DNA of 64,000 nucleotides. Origin: Sedimentisphaerales bacterium (GTDB lineage Bacteria; Planctomycetota; Phycisphaerae; Sedimentisphaerales; Anaerobacaceae). The DNA is taken from positions 1,888,001 through 1,952,000 of the forward strand of contig OY970194.1 of assembly GCA_963708075.1 (NCBI GenBank). The letters run 5' to 3'. Positions 1 to 9,153 of this stretch are shown in pieces; within the stretch, counting starts at the first letter, position 1, and every line of letters begins with the position of its first letter. Both the position numbers and the translations under genes were made by a program. The notes beneath the pieces are model-generated. The model ran no database searches, had not been told where the DNA came from, and saw only the letters and a list, made by a program, of their open reading frames with translations.

Positions 1-448
1 CCAGATCGAGAATATCGTTACGCGTCTTTGGGTCGATGTGAGCACTGATCTGCCGATCCGTGCTGAGGTTGACTGCATTCTGACTGACAACGCAAAGGCT
101 CGTGTGGTGATGTTCGATCCCCAGTGGAATGTTGAGCTGGAATCCGATTTCTTTGAGCCGAAGATACCGGCCGGCTACGTGGAACCTGAGCAGCGTGGTG
201 TTATAGGGATCGATCTTGAGAATTGGCCGGCGCTCAAGGTTGTCCCCGGCATGGCCGCAGAAAAGGCGGGAGTCAAGAGTGGAGACGTTGTCCTAAGATT
301 CAACGGCAACAGCATCTCGCATATTGAATCTTCAAGCGACGCCCTGAGTCTATTGTCCGGCAAGGTTGGGGAAAAGGTCGCGCTTACCGTAAAGCGAGGG
401 GAACAAATCCTTACCTTTGAGATTGAAAGAGCACCTGCGCCAAAATGA
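1..448 (+). CDS. C-terminal part of a probable anti-sigma-type protein (LolA-like region plus C-terminal PDZ domain); 5' end outside window
   Basis: Frame is open to the window edge (QIENIVTRLWVDVSTDLPIR). The motif FFEPKIPAGY resembles the neighbouring anti-sigmas. PDZ-like GVIGIDL...VVPGMAAEKAGVKSGDVVLRFNG...GEKVALTVKRG. Confidence 0.7.
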   Translation, partial: QIENIVTRLWVDVSTDLPIRAEVDCILTDNAKARVVMFDPQWNVELESDFFEPKIPAGYVEPEQRGVIGIDLENWPALKVVPGMAAEKAGVKSGDVVLRFNGNSISHIESSSDALSLLSGKVGEKVALTVKRGEQILTFEIERAPAPK

Positions 449-578
449 GCGGACGGTTTCAGAAGATTGACGGGCCATGCGGAGGTAGAGATTATGCACC
501 GCGCATCAAGTACTGTACCTATTCATGACCGCGTATCTGGGTATGGAAGCCATAACGGCGCACACGCAGGCCTGGCAC

Positions 579-681
579 CACGACAAGAGGAAGACCAGAA
601 CTGACGATGCCGGCGGTTCCGCGGTCGTGTCCACCGAACCTCCGTGAGGAAACGGCCCGCCTCAATGACGCCATCACCCAA
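579..681 (+). pseudogene. Possible decayed ECF sigma factor fragment
   Basis: Two broken frames read HDKRKTRT...VVSTEPP and REETARLNDAITQ, resembling RDQKRR...VSNDPP...EQASRLNEAVAQ of the adjacent sigma. Confidence 0.35.
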
Positions 682-804
682 GGCCAAGCCTCCACCGCCT
701 GGCCTTTTCTTTTGCGCGGGGAAAATCCACCGGCTACTATATACTAAGGACACACGTCGGACGTGGTACATGTGAGAACGGCCGTTTTTTGAGCCTGTGA
801 GTGA

Positions 805-1350
805 GTGGACATGCTGGAAGACGAACTGCTCAAGTGGAAATTCCGGCGGGGCAGCCAAGAGGCGCTGGCGAGGATCTATGAGAAGTACCTCGACTCAATG
901 CTGACTCTTGCGGTGGGCCTGCTGCATGACGTGAGCGAGGCGCAGGACGTCGTGCACGATGTCTTCGTCTCCTTCGCGAAATCCGCAGGCAACTTTCAGA
1001 TACGGGGCAGCCTCGGCGGCTACCTGGCCACCAGCGTCGTCAATCGCATACGGGACCAGAAGAGGCGATTGCGAAGGCAGAGCCGTAGAGATGCGATACC
1101 TTGCGTCTCCAACGACCCGCCGGAGCCTGACCAGACAGTCATCTTCACAGAGCAGGCGAGTCGCCTCAACGAGGCAGTTGCCCAACTGCCGGACGATCAG
1201 CGCGAGGTAGTGTTACTCCGACTCACGGCCGGCATGAAGTTCCGCGATATCGCAAAGCTGCAGCAAATCTCAATCAACACGGTCCAGGGCCGTTACCGGT
1301 ACGGCTTGGATAAGCTTCGGTCCATGTTGAACGGCGAGGTGGACGAATGA
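805..1350 (+). CDS. ECF RNA polymerase sigma factor
   Basis: Region 2 (AQDVVHDVFV) and region 4 (LPDDQREVVLLR...FRDIA...INTVQGRYRYGLDKLR); ATGA overlap with the next gene. Confidence 0.93.
   Translation: MDMLEDELLKWKFRRGSQEALARIYEKYLDSMLTLAVGLLHDVSEAQDVVHDVFVSFAKSAGNFQIRGSLGGYLATSVVNRIRDQKRRLRRQSRRDAIPCVSNDPPEPDQTVIFTEQASRLNEAVAQLPDDQREVVLLRLTAGMKFRDIAKLQQISINTVQGRYRYGLDKLRSMLNGEVDE
1085..1113 (+). repeat. GTAG-type REP-like palindrome inside the sigma factor CDS
   Basis: GTAGAGATGCGATACCTTGCGTCTCCAAC: GTAG tetramer plus imperfect hairpin, in the sigma2-sigma4 linker. Confidence 0.55.
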
Positions 1351-3152
1351 AACCCAAAGACAAGGTGGAAGAGATAATCCAAAAGAGACTGCGTTTCACC
1401 GCCGGCTCGACACTGCGCCGCCGATTTCTGGCTGATGTTCTGCACGCACAAGAGGAATCCAGACAAACAGATCCGGCTCTTCACCGGGCCGGCATAGGGA
1501 GAATCATCATGAGAAGTCCATTTATGAAACCGTTCTCCGTCGCCGCCGTTATTGCGATGGCGGTCCTTTCAATCACCTTTTGGGACAAGTGGTCCCCTTC
1601 GGCATACGCCATAGCGCAGACCTATGAGGCGCTCCAGAATGTCCGCTTCCTGCACATCGTACAACGTGATGCAGCAAGGCAGATTACGGATGAACGATGG
1701 ATCGAGATCGGCGACAATGGGTACCAGCTCCGCTACCGGCAGGACAATCCCGCCCCGGTGAATTTCGGCGCCATTGAGGACGGCGAATCCACGGCGGTCT
1801 ATCGCCATGACAAGAAAGCGGTGATCATCTACGACCGCAAAGACCAGCAGTTCCAGTGGGTGGGTCCGCTGGGCGAAATGTTCGAGAATCTTCGCCAGGA
1901 AGGCAAGATCCTCCAGGATAACGCTGAGTACAAGGGCAGGCCGGCTCACAAAGTCTGGTGGCCTTTCCTGAGCGCCGAGTGCTACGTCGATCCCGAGACG
2001 AAGCTGCCCTTCGCCGTCGGAGACACGGAGCTTAGTTACGAGGAGCCTCCGGCGGGAACCTTCGAGATCGTCATTCCGGAAGGCTACGCCGTGCTCGACA
2101 AACGCCCCGGCGTTCCCACAGGGCCGACGCCGGCATGGCTCCTGGAGGACGAAAGCGAAGCAAAGAAGAAGGATGAATGCTTCAACCAGGGAGTCCGTGC
2201 CCTTGTCAGCGGGGACTATGCAAGAGCCGTGGAACAGCTCGAACAAGCCCTTGGCAGCGACAGTTGGGCCGCCTTTTGGCTCGGCAGCGCCTACTACGGA
2301 CTCGGCAAGTATGATCTGGCTATCAAGAACTACAACAAGCTATACGAAGCATTTGGCGGCAATGGGACGGAGGCAGTGCCCTACTGCAGCTACGCCCGGG
2401 GCTTAGCCTACGCGAGAAGCGGTGACATGGAAGCGGCAGAGAAGGATTTCCATGCCTGTCTGCCCGCGATGATCAGAACACTGCAAACCCCCTCCGGCGG
2501 GGCCATGTTCGAGTATGCGGATAACCCTCTTATTCGATTCGGTCGGTATCAGCCCGGCGAACGTGAGATCGTCATCAAGATGATCAATCGCCTCCGGCTC
2601 ATCACCGGACAGGATTTCGGCTATGATCCCAACGCCACGGACGCGGAGAACGAGCCGGCCGTTTCCGCCTGGGAGCAATGGTTCAAGAACGACGGGCAGA
2701 TCCGGTTTACACCCGACGCCAAGCCCCTTCCCATCCTGGCCGAGTGGATCTGTAAGATGGGCTGGGGACGCAAACCGAACCAGGAAATCGCGTCGCGATA
2801 CCGAAGGGAATGGCTGGAGCAGATCACATCCCCCACGGCCTGGCAGAAGACTGGATTTGCCCTCTATGATGCCAGGCGGTACGACGACGCGCTGGCGGCG
2901 TTCGAGAGGATGCAGGAGACGGCCGGCGATGATCCACATACCCAGACAATAGCGACCATCTGGCAGGGACACATGCTGGACCTCCTGGGAAGAAGGAACC
3001 AGGCGGTCGCCAAGTATCGAAGAATCGCAGACGCCGGACTGACGTCGGGCACAACGCACAGCAATTATGGCCTCTCCTACAGCTTCAGCTCCTACGCCCG
3101 GGAACGGATGGACACACCCTTCACACGCATCGAAAACGCGTATGAAGACTGA
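1347..3152 (+). CDS. Membrane-anchored anti-sigma factor-like protein with LolA-like domain and TPR repeats
   Basis: Coupled to the ECF sigma; short N-terminal domain, one TM helix (SVAAVIAMAVLSITFW), SAYA motif, TPRs (AFWLGSAYYGLGKYDLAIKNYNK). Confidence 0.8.
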   Translation: MKPKDKVEEIIQKRLRFTAGSTLRRRFLADVLHAQEESRQTDPALHRAGIGRIIMRSPFMKPFSVAAVIAMAVLSITFWDKWSPSAYAIAQTYEALQNVRFLHIVQRDAARQITDERWIEIGDNGYQLRYRQDNPAPVNFGAIEDGESTAVYRHDKKAVIIYDRKDQQFQWVGPLGEMFENLRQEGKILQDNAEYKGRPAHKVWWPFLSAECYVDPETKLPFAVGDTELSYEEPPAGTFEIVIPEGYAVLDKRPGVPTGPTPAWLLEDESEAKKKDECFNQGVRALVSGDYARAVEQLEQALGSDSWAAFWLGSAYYGLGKYDLAIKNYNKLYEAFGGNGTEAVPYCSYARGLAYARSGDMEAAEKDFHACLPAMIRTLQTPSGGAMFEYADNPLIRFGRYQPGEREIVIKMINRLRLITGQDFGYDPNATDAENEPAVSAWEQWFKNDGQIRFTPDAKPLPILAEWICKMGWGRKPNQEIASRYRREWLEQITSPTAWQKTGFALYDARRYDDALAAFERMQETAGDDPHTQTIATIWQGHMLDLLGRRNQAVAKYRRIADAGLTSGTTHSNYGLSYSFSSYARERMDTPFTRIENAYED

Positions 3153-3500
3153 AATGTAGAATCCGATCAACGCATCGAGGGAAAGACCGGGGATGGCATG
3201 GCCGGGCCTGTTTGGGCTCGGCCCCTCTTATCCACCCTCGACCCACGAGGGGACGGTCCTGCCTTCTGCGCCATCTACACGCGATCCAGTGAAGACGCCG
3301 GCCCGTTAAGTTGGGACGCACAAGTCTTCTCGGGACAGGGCGGCACCTGGAAGAAGCTGTTCAGCATGGGCAGCACCGGCTTCGCGCGGAGAAAGCACCT
3401 TCCCACCTACCCTTAAAGGTGGGAAAATGGTACAATAGAACCATTGAGGCAGGGATCGTGCCTGGCTGGAGTATGTTTCTCTTTCGGTTGGAGGATATCC

Positions 3501-6197
3501 GTGAGGTGCTTACAGAGTCTCGTCACTCCGTGTGAAAGCCCATGTATCTGGTCACGTCCAAGGGTGATATGGTCAGTAGCTTCGCTCGCGTGCCTGTTCA
3601 TACCGGCCGCATCCGCGTTGGCGGCGATCACCATAGACGGCGTCACGGACAAGAAGGTGTACGCGAATCTCGTCTCGTTTACGGTCCGCTCGGAGGCAGG
3701 GTACGACTATACGGCGGAGTTGAATGGGGAGTCGGTGGCTGTGGGCGTCCCCGTAGAGGTCAACGAGCCGCAATACTATGAACTGAATGTGGAAAGGCGG
3801 CAGAAGTCGTCCGGGGCGCAGGAGAGCCAACTGGTTCGATTCATCGTCCGGGCGACCGACCGGGGCAACAGCGAATGGGGGCTTCCCCCCTGGGTCCCCT
3901 ATCCGGTGATAGACTCGGCCGCGGCGGAGTTCACTGGGGCCCGGCTTATAGTTGTCACACCTGCTAAATTCCCGGTAGGACTCGAAATTCCCGTCATCGC
4001 CCGCATGGAGGACGAGTCCGGGAAGCGAGTTGGTGTCAACGGCGTTGTCACGGCCGATGGCTTCGAGAGATACCCGCTACAACTGCTGCGCGGGGTTGGC
4101 TCCGTCTTTCTGCCGCCAGCGGTTGAACCAGGCGTCATCTCTTATGCCGCCCAGGTCCACTCGCTGCAAACGCCGAAGGATATTGTGATTGAGAGCGTCA
4201 CGAACTGGCAGACGGTCTCGACAGATATTGTCGCTTCGACCGACTGGGGCAAGAACGCCCGCATTCGTGTCATGGGCGATGCCGATGGCGCACTGACGAT
4301 CGCGCTGGGCGCCACGTTGACCATCGGCAGTGGCAGCGTGATCGTAGTCGATCCCGATGTCGAGATTACGGTGGATGGTCATATCGCAGTGAACGGGACC
4401 GTGCAGCAGCCCGTCGTCTTCACCAGCCGGGATCGAACCGAGCCCTGGGGTGGGTTCATCTTTGAGAAGAGCACATCGCGAGGCGAATTCACCGGTACGA
4501 TCCTGACCGGCAGCGGCGCAGACCCAGATTGGTTCGATAACAACCCTGGGCACGGCCACAGCCATCGCAGCGAGCAACCCCTGGTCTTCGTATCCAATGG
4601 AGCCCGCGTAACGTTGACCGACTGCTATCTCACGGAGAACAGCGGGCAGGGAGGACACGGCGAGGGCGGCTACCTCACAATGACGCGGTGCCTGATCCAG
4701 AAATGCATCAGCGCCGGCCAGTATAATGGCGGAGCGGTGACCTTCAGTGACTGCGCACTGATCGAGTTCCCCTCGGCGACAGCCCCCTTTGAAGACAACG
4801 ACAACGATGCCCTCTACCTCACAGGCGGGGCGCATTCATTGAAGGACTGCCTCGTCGGCTGGGCTCTGGATGACGGGATCGACGCCGGGTCGGGCTCAAA
4901 CGGCTCAGTCACGGTCGATCACTGCTGGATCGAATCAACCTATCATGAGGCGCTGGCCTGGTCGGAGCAAGGGACTCGCTCCGCCAGCGACACGGTCACG
5001 ATGAACTGCGGACAGGGAATCGAGTGCGGGTTCGGCTCGCCCAAAGTGGATACGGTGCATTGCCTCAGCACGGGCAACGTCATCGGGGCCCGCTTCGGCG
5101 ACAACTATGACTGGAGCTACAACGGCTTTCTGAAAATCCGCGATTCGCTCTTGCTGTTCAACAAGCGCGACATCTGGGGCCGGGCGTGGGACAACTGGGA
5201 GGTGCATCAATCCCAGATGGATATCAAGGACTGCTACGTCACCACCGCTTACGCTGATTTTCCCGGCAACTGGCTTTGGGACCCTCAGGCTGATCCGAAT
5301 CAGCTCGCTGAGCTGGTGCCGTTCCTGCCCTGCCCTGCCGATACAGTCGGCATCGGCTTTGCAGCGTGGGAGGATGCCGTCGATCTGACCTCGCTGTCCA
5401 AGGGCATTCCCGTCCGCCTGAGCACCTTCACGACTAAGCCGGTCTCGGTGGACTACTCGATTGATACAGCAAAGAAGCAGCTTGCCGGGGGCACGCTGCA
5501 CTTTGTGCCAGGGGAGACTGTGAAGCAGATCGTCTTCGACATCCCGTCCGACCAGGACCTCTGCCAGATCCACGTGACGCTGGGCAATCCGGTCAATGCC
5601 GAGCTGACGGGATATCAACGATTGAGCCACAAAGGAATGTGCGGGACGGTTGTGCCATTGGTCCGTGAAGGCGATCAATGGCGATACTTCAAGGGCACGC
5701 AGGAGCCTCCGGCAACGTGGAATGCCCTGGCATTCGATGACAGCACGTGGCTCACCGGGCCCACGCCCATTGGGTACGAAACGAGCAGCGGCTATGAAAA
5801 GCGGATTGCCACGAATCTCGGCGACATGCGGAACAAGTACATCAGCGTGTACGCCCGCCGGACCTTCTCTGTGGACGATCCATCGCAACTGACCGCCCTG
5901 CTCCTCGCGGTGGATGTTGACGACGGCTACATCGCCTATATCAACGGCGTCCGGGTCAGTGCCCTGGCCGCGCCGGCTTCCCCCAAGTACGATCAGGCGG
6001 CCACTGCCAACCGGGAGGCTTGCTGCGGTACCGGCACGCCGACGGGCCCCTGCCCGCCCGCACAGATCGACCTGAGCAAGTACATCAAGGACCTGGTCCC
6101 TGGAGAGAACGTGCTGGCCGTCCAGGTCCACAACACATCCCTGTCCAGCTCGGACCTGATCTTCATCCCCGAGTTATCCGGCGTGTTCGCTCCGTAG
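3501..6197 (+). CDS. Large secreted protein (beta-helix region, Calx-beta-like and carbohydrate-binding-like C-terminal domains)
   Basis: GGAGGA upstream of GTG 3501; signal peptide ending ASALAA; DDGIDAG beta-helix motif; GTLHFVPGETVKQI; WRYFKG...DDGYIAYINGV...GENVLAVQVHN. Confidence 0.65.
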   Translation: MRCLQSLVTPCESPCIWSRPRVIWSVASLACLFIPAASALAAITIDGVTDKKVYANLVSFTVRSEAGYDYTAELNGESVAVGVPVEVNEPQYYELNVERRQKSSGAQESQLVRFIVRATDRGNSEWGLPPWVPYPVIDSAAAEFTGARLIVVTPAKFPVGLEIPVIARMEDESGKRVGVNGVVTADGFERYPLQLLRGVGSVFLPPAVEPGVISYAAQVHSLQTPKDIVIESVTNWQTVSTDIVASTDWGKNARIRVMGDADGALTIALGATLTIGSGSVIVVDPDVEITVDGHIAVNGTVQQPVVFTSRDRTEPWGGFIFEKSTSRGEFTGTILTGSGADPDWFDNNPGHGHSHRSEQPLVFVSNGARVTLTDCYLTENSGQGGHGEGGYLTMTRCLIQKCISAGQYNGGAVTFSDCALIEFPSATAPFEDNDNDALYLTGGAHSLKDCLVGWALDDGIDAGSGSNGSVTVDHCWIESTYHEALAWSEQGTRSASDTVTMNCGQGIECGFGSPKVDTVHCLSTGNVIGARFGDNYDWSYNGFLKIRDSLLLFNKRDIWGRAWDNWEVHQSQMDIKDCYVTTAYADFPGNWLWDPQADPNQLAELVPFLPCPADTVGIGFAAWEDAVDLTSLSKGIPVRLSTFTTKPVSVDYSIDTAKKQLAGGTLHFVPGETVKQIVFDIPSDQDLCQIHVTLGNPVNAELTGYQRLSHKGMCGTVVPLVREGDQWRYFKGTQEPPATWNALAFDDSTWLTGPTPIGYETSSGYEKRIATNLGDMRNKYISVYARRTFSVDDPSQLTALLLAVDVDDGYIAYINGVRVSALAAPASPKYDQAATANREACCGTGTPTGPCPPAQIDLSKYIKDLVPGENVLAVQVHNTSLSSSDLIFIPELSGVFAP

Positions 6198-6222
6198 GGG
6201 CGGGTTTCCAACCCGCCCGCAC
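6194..6222 (+). repeat. GTAG-type REP-like palindrome that contains the stop codon of the upstream gene
   Basis: GTAGGGGCGGGTTTCCAACCCGCCCGCAC; stem GGGCGGGTT/AACCCGCCC; TAG 6195-6197 is the stop. Confidence 0.75.
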
Positions 6223-6275
6223 AGTGGTTGCCACGATTTTTCTGTAGACGGGGCCTCGCTGTTCGTCTTGATTGT

Positions 6276-6302
6276 GTAAGGGCAGGCTCCAAACCTGCCC
6301 GC
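6276..6302 (+). repeat. REP-like palindrome
   Basis: GTAAGGGCAGGCTCCAAACCTGCCCGC, a near copy of the 10531 element. Confidence 0.65.
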
Positions 6303-6315
6303 TCAGGAGCTCCGA

Positions 6316-6843
6316 TTGAACGATCCAGCAGACGAAAGCGTGGTCGGTGCCTGCCGGGGTGACGACAATGCGGCGTACGCGATACTCGTGCGAAGGCATT
6401 ACCGGCACGTGTTTGCCTTGTGCCTCGGCATACTCGCGAATGTTCACGATGCCGAGGACGTGGCTCAGGAAACCATGTTGAAAGGGCTTCTGAGCCTTCG
6501 CCGACTGGCCAAGCCGGAACAGTTTGAGTCATGGATTCTGCGGATTGCAAGAAACCTGTGCATCGACCTGCTCCGGCGACGCAAGCGCACGAAGACATCG
6601 CCCGTCGAAGCTGAGACTATCCCGACGCAGAAGGCACAGGAGAACCACGATCTCGAAGGCGCCATTCGCCGGCTGCCTCGGGAGCTTCGTCTGCCTCTGA
6701 CGCTGTTCTACTTCGAGCACAAAGACGCCGGGAGCATCGCGAGGAAGCTGGATATCTCGCCGTCCCTGGTCTACGAGAGAATCCGGACGGCCCGAAAGGA
6801 GCTGCATCGGCTGCTGACCGAAAGGGGTACCCATGAGTCATGA
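6316..6843 (+). CDS. ECF RNA polymerase sigma factor
   Basis: DAEDVAQET, FESWILRIARNLCIDLLRRR, LPRELRLPLTLFY. Confidence 0.93.
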   Translation: MNDPADESVVGACRGDDNAAYAILVRRHYRHVFALCLGILANVHDAEDVAQETMLKGLLSLRRLAKPEQFESWILRIARNLCIDLLRRRKRTKTSPVEAETIPTQKAQENHDLEGAIRRLPRELRLPLTLFYFEHKDAGSIARKLDISPSLVYERIRTARKELHRLLTERGTHES

Positions 6844-8380
6844 TTGCCACGCATTCAGGGACCAGATCGCGGACTTCGTCACCGGCATCCTGCCGGAGCC
6901 GGACAGCCGCAGGTTGCAGGACCATTTGAGCACCTGCGCCCCCTGCCGTGACTATCTGCACGCCCTGAAGCAGGAAGATGCCTCGTTGACCGAGTACATC
7001 GCAGGGATCGACGGGGACATGGCACATCGTCAAGAGCGCGCGCTCCAAGTGATCGAGTGTTCCCGCACGAAGGAGAAGACAGACACCACCTCCGTGTGGA
7101 CCGAGATCATGAGAAATCGATACAGCAGACTGGCGACGGCCGCAGTGATTCTCATATTGACCGGCATCTCCATCATTCTCCTGGACAGAATGACATCGTC
7201 GGCCTACGCCTTACATCAGACAGTTGAAGCCTTCAAAAGCATTCGGTTCCTGCACATCGTCGAGCGTGATGAGGCTGGTGGTATCGAGAATGAACGCTGG
7301 ATTGAGGTCGGCCCGGATGGCCGGCAAGTCCGCTACCGGCAGGACAAGCCACCGCACATCCTCGTGATCGACGACGGTGAATCCATAGCCCGCTACCACA
7401 ATCACGGGAATACCATGACCATTTATCATAGCCCCGAGATGCGGTACGAGTGGATCAGGCCTTTGGGACGTGCTTTCGAGAACCTGCTCCGGGCAGGGCT
7501 GATTCTTGAGGAAGATGCCGCCTATCATGACCGGGTTGTCCACAAGGTTTGGTGGCCGGCGATGCGCGGCGTGTGTTACGTGGACCCCGCAAGCAGGCTG
7601 CCTGTCGCCATTGAGGATATGGAGTTGAGCTATGAAGAGCCGCCGGCCGGGACTTTCGAGATCGTCGTTCCCCAAGGTTATACCATTGTCGATGATACTC
7701 AACAGAGCGATTTCTATGCTGCCGTGGAGCTGATTCAACCTGCGACGCCGCTCATGGAAATCGTCAACCGGGACGAGGTCGTCGGACTCCATCGCACGGG
7801 TCCGCGCAGCTATGCGGGGGACCTGGATATAGAGATCACATGCAATACCGACATCACGTGGGCTCTTTCCGTCACGAAAACAGGTTTGGTCCAAGGCGAC
7901 TACTCGTGTTCGATCGACAAGTGGGACATGGCGCCGCCCGGCGGAATCGCAACAGTGGCTGTGGCACTCACGGAAGTGCAGGCGGAGAACGCCCCGAGAG
8001 GCACTCAGGTCGCCCTTGTGACACTGCGCGTCAAACCGAGGCCTGAGCCGATGAATGATGCCCGTGCTCTGAGGACGCTTGGACTTGCGCTTTATGACGC
8101 GAAACGCTACGAGGAAGCCTTGACCGCATTCGAGAGAATAGAGCAGCAAGACAACGCTGACCAGGAGGAACTGGCCATGGCAATCATCTGGCAGGGACAC
8201 ATGTTGGATCTCCTTGACAGGAGAGATGAAGCCATCGGGAGATACGGGAGAGTCGTTGGCATGGGCCTGGAAGGCGGCGTGCATCAGGGCCAATACGACC
8301 TCCGCTACGAGTTCACACCCTACGCCAAAGAGAGAATGATCACGCCCTTCACTCGCGTCGAAAGACTGGACAGTAAATGA
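6833..8380 (+). CDS. Zinc-finger (zf-HC2) anti-sigma factor with LolA-like and TPR domains
   Basis: CHAFRDQI...HLSTCAPC zinc motif, TM helix, strong paralogy to 1347..3152. Confidence 0.85.
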   Translation: MSHDCHAFRDQIADFVTGILPEPDSRRLQDHLSTCAPCRDYLHALKQEDASLTEYIAGIDGDMAHRQERALQVIECSRTKEKTDTTSVWTEIMRNRYSRLATAAVILILTGISIILLDRMTSSAYALHQTVEAFKSIRFLHIVERDEAGGIENERWIEVGPDGRQVRYRQDKPPHILVIDDGESIARYHNHGNTMTIYHSPEMRYEWIRPLGRAFENLLRAGLILEEDAAYHDRVVHKVWWPAMRGVCYVDPASRLPVAIEDMELSYEEPPAGTFEIVVPQGYTIVDDTQQSDFYAAVELIQPATPLMEIVNRDEVVGLHRTGPRSYAGDLDIEITCNTDITWALSVTKTGLVQGDYSCSIDKWDMAPPGGIATVAVALTEVQAENAPRGTQVALVTLRVKPRPEPMNDARALRTLGLALYDAKRYEEALTAFERIEQQDNADQEELAMAIIWQGHMLDLLDRRDEAIGRYGRVVGMGLEGGVHQGQYDLRYEFTPYAKERMITPFTRVERLDSK

Positions 8381-8603
8381 GTCCCCACTGTACGTGGCAC
8401 CGTCGTATTGTCCGCTGCTAAGCATTGTGAAACCATGGGAACGCAACTCGTCATGCCAGGCAAGGAAGAAAATCGGTCGCCCCTTATAGCCCGACCTGTT
8501 TCGCACGCAACATCAACAAATCTGCCTTTCCCGGTAGAGGAATCGACCGTCTTCATGCGTTATATTGGTGAATGTTGATGGTTCTGACGTCAGGTCACCA
8601 ACG

Positions 8604-9153
8604 ATGATGCTCGAAGATCGATATCTCGTCTGGCGGCTCAAGCAAGGCAGCCCGCGGGCCTTGTGCCGGATCTACAACCGGTACGAGAACCGACCTGCTC
8701 ACGCTGGCCAGGAGCCTGCTCGGCCGAACAGACCAGGCGGAGGATGTTCTGCAGGACGTGTTCGTCCGGCTCATCGAGTCCATCGATACCTTCGAGCTCA
8801 CGGGCAGCCTGAAAGGCTATCTCGTCACGTGCGTGGCAAATCGCGCACGGGACTACCTGCGGAAAGACCGTCGCCGCACAGGCGAGCCGATGGAAGCGGC
8901 GTACGCCGTCGCGTCGCAGCAGAGCGGGCCGCTCCAAGAGGTCATCGCCGATGAGCAGCAGCAACGGCTGACAGCGGCCCTGGCCGAGCTGCCCTACGAG
9001 CAGCGGGAAGCCGTCCTGCTCCACCTGCAGGCGGGCCTGAAGTTCCGCGAGATCGCCCGTGTGCAGGGCGTGGCCGCCAAGACGGCGTGGAGCCGGTACC
9101 GGTATGGATTGGACAGACTGCGGTCTTTATTGAATGGTCAGGCGGAAACATGA
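8604..9153 (+). pseudogene. ECF sigma factor interrupted by a +1 frameshift near 8690 (pseudogene or sequencing error)
   Basis: MMLEDRYLVWRLKQGSPRALCRIYNRYEN continues as DLLTLARSLLGRTDQAEDVLQDVFV in another frame; removing one C restores a full paralog of 805..1350. Confidence 0.85.

Noticed and set aside
3198..3416. Short ORF between the anti-sigma and the secreted protein
   Set aside because: May be a gene fragment, but I cannot assign a family.
700..8570. Common ECF promoter motif upstream of the three sigma genes
   Set aside because: The upstream regions are AT-richer but share no alignable motif that I can defend.
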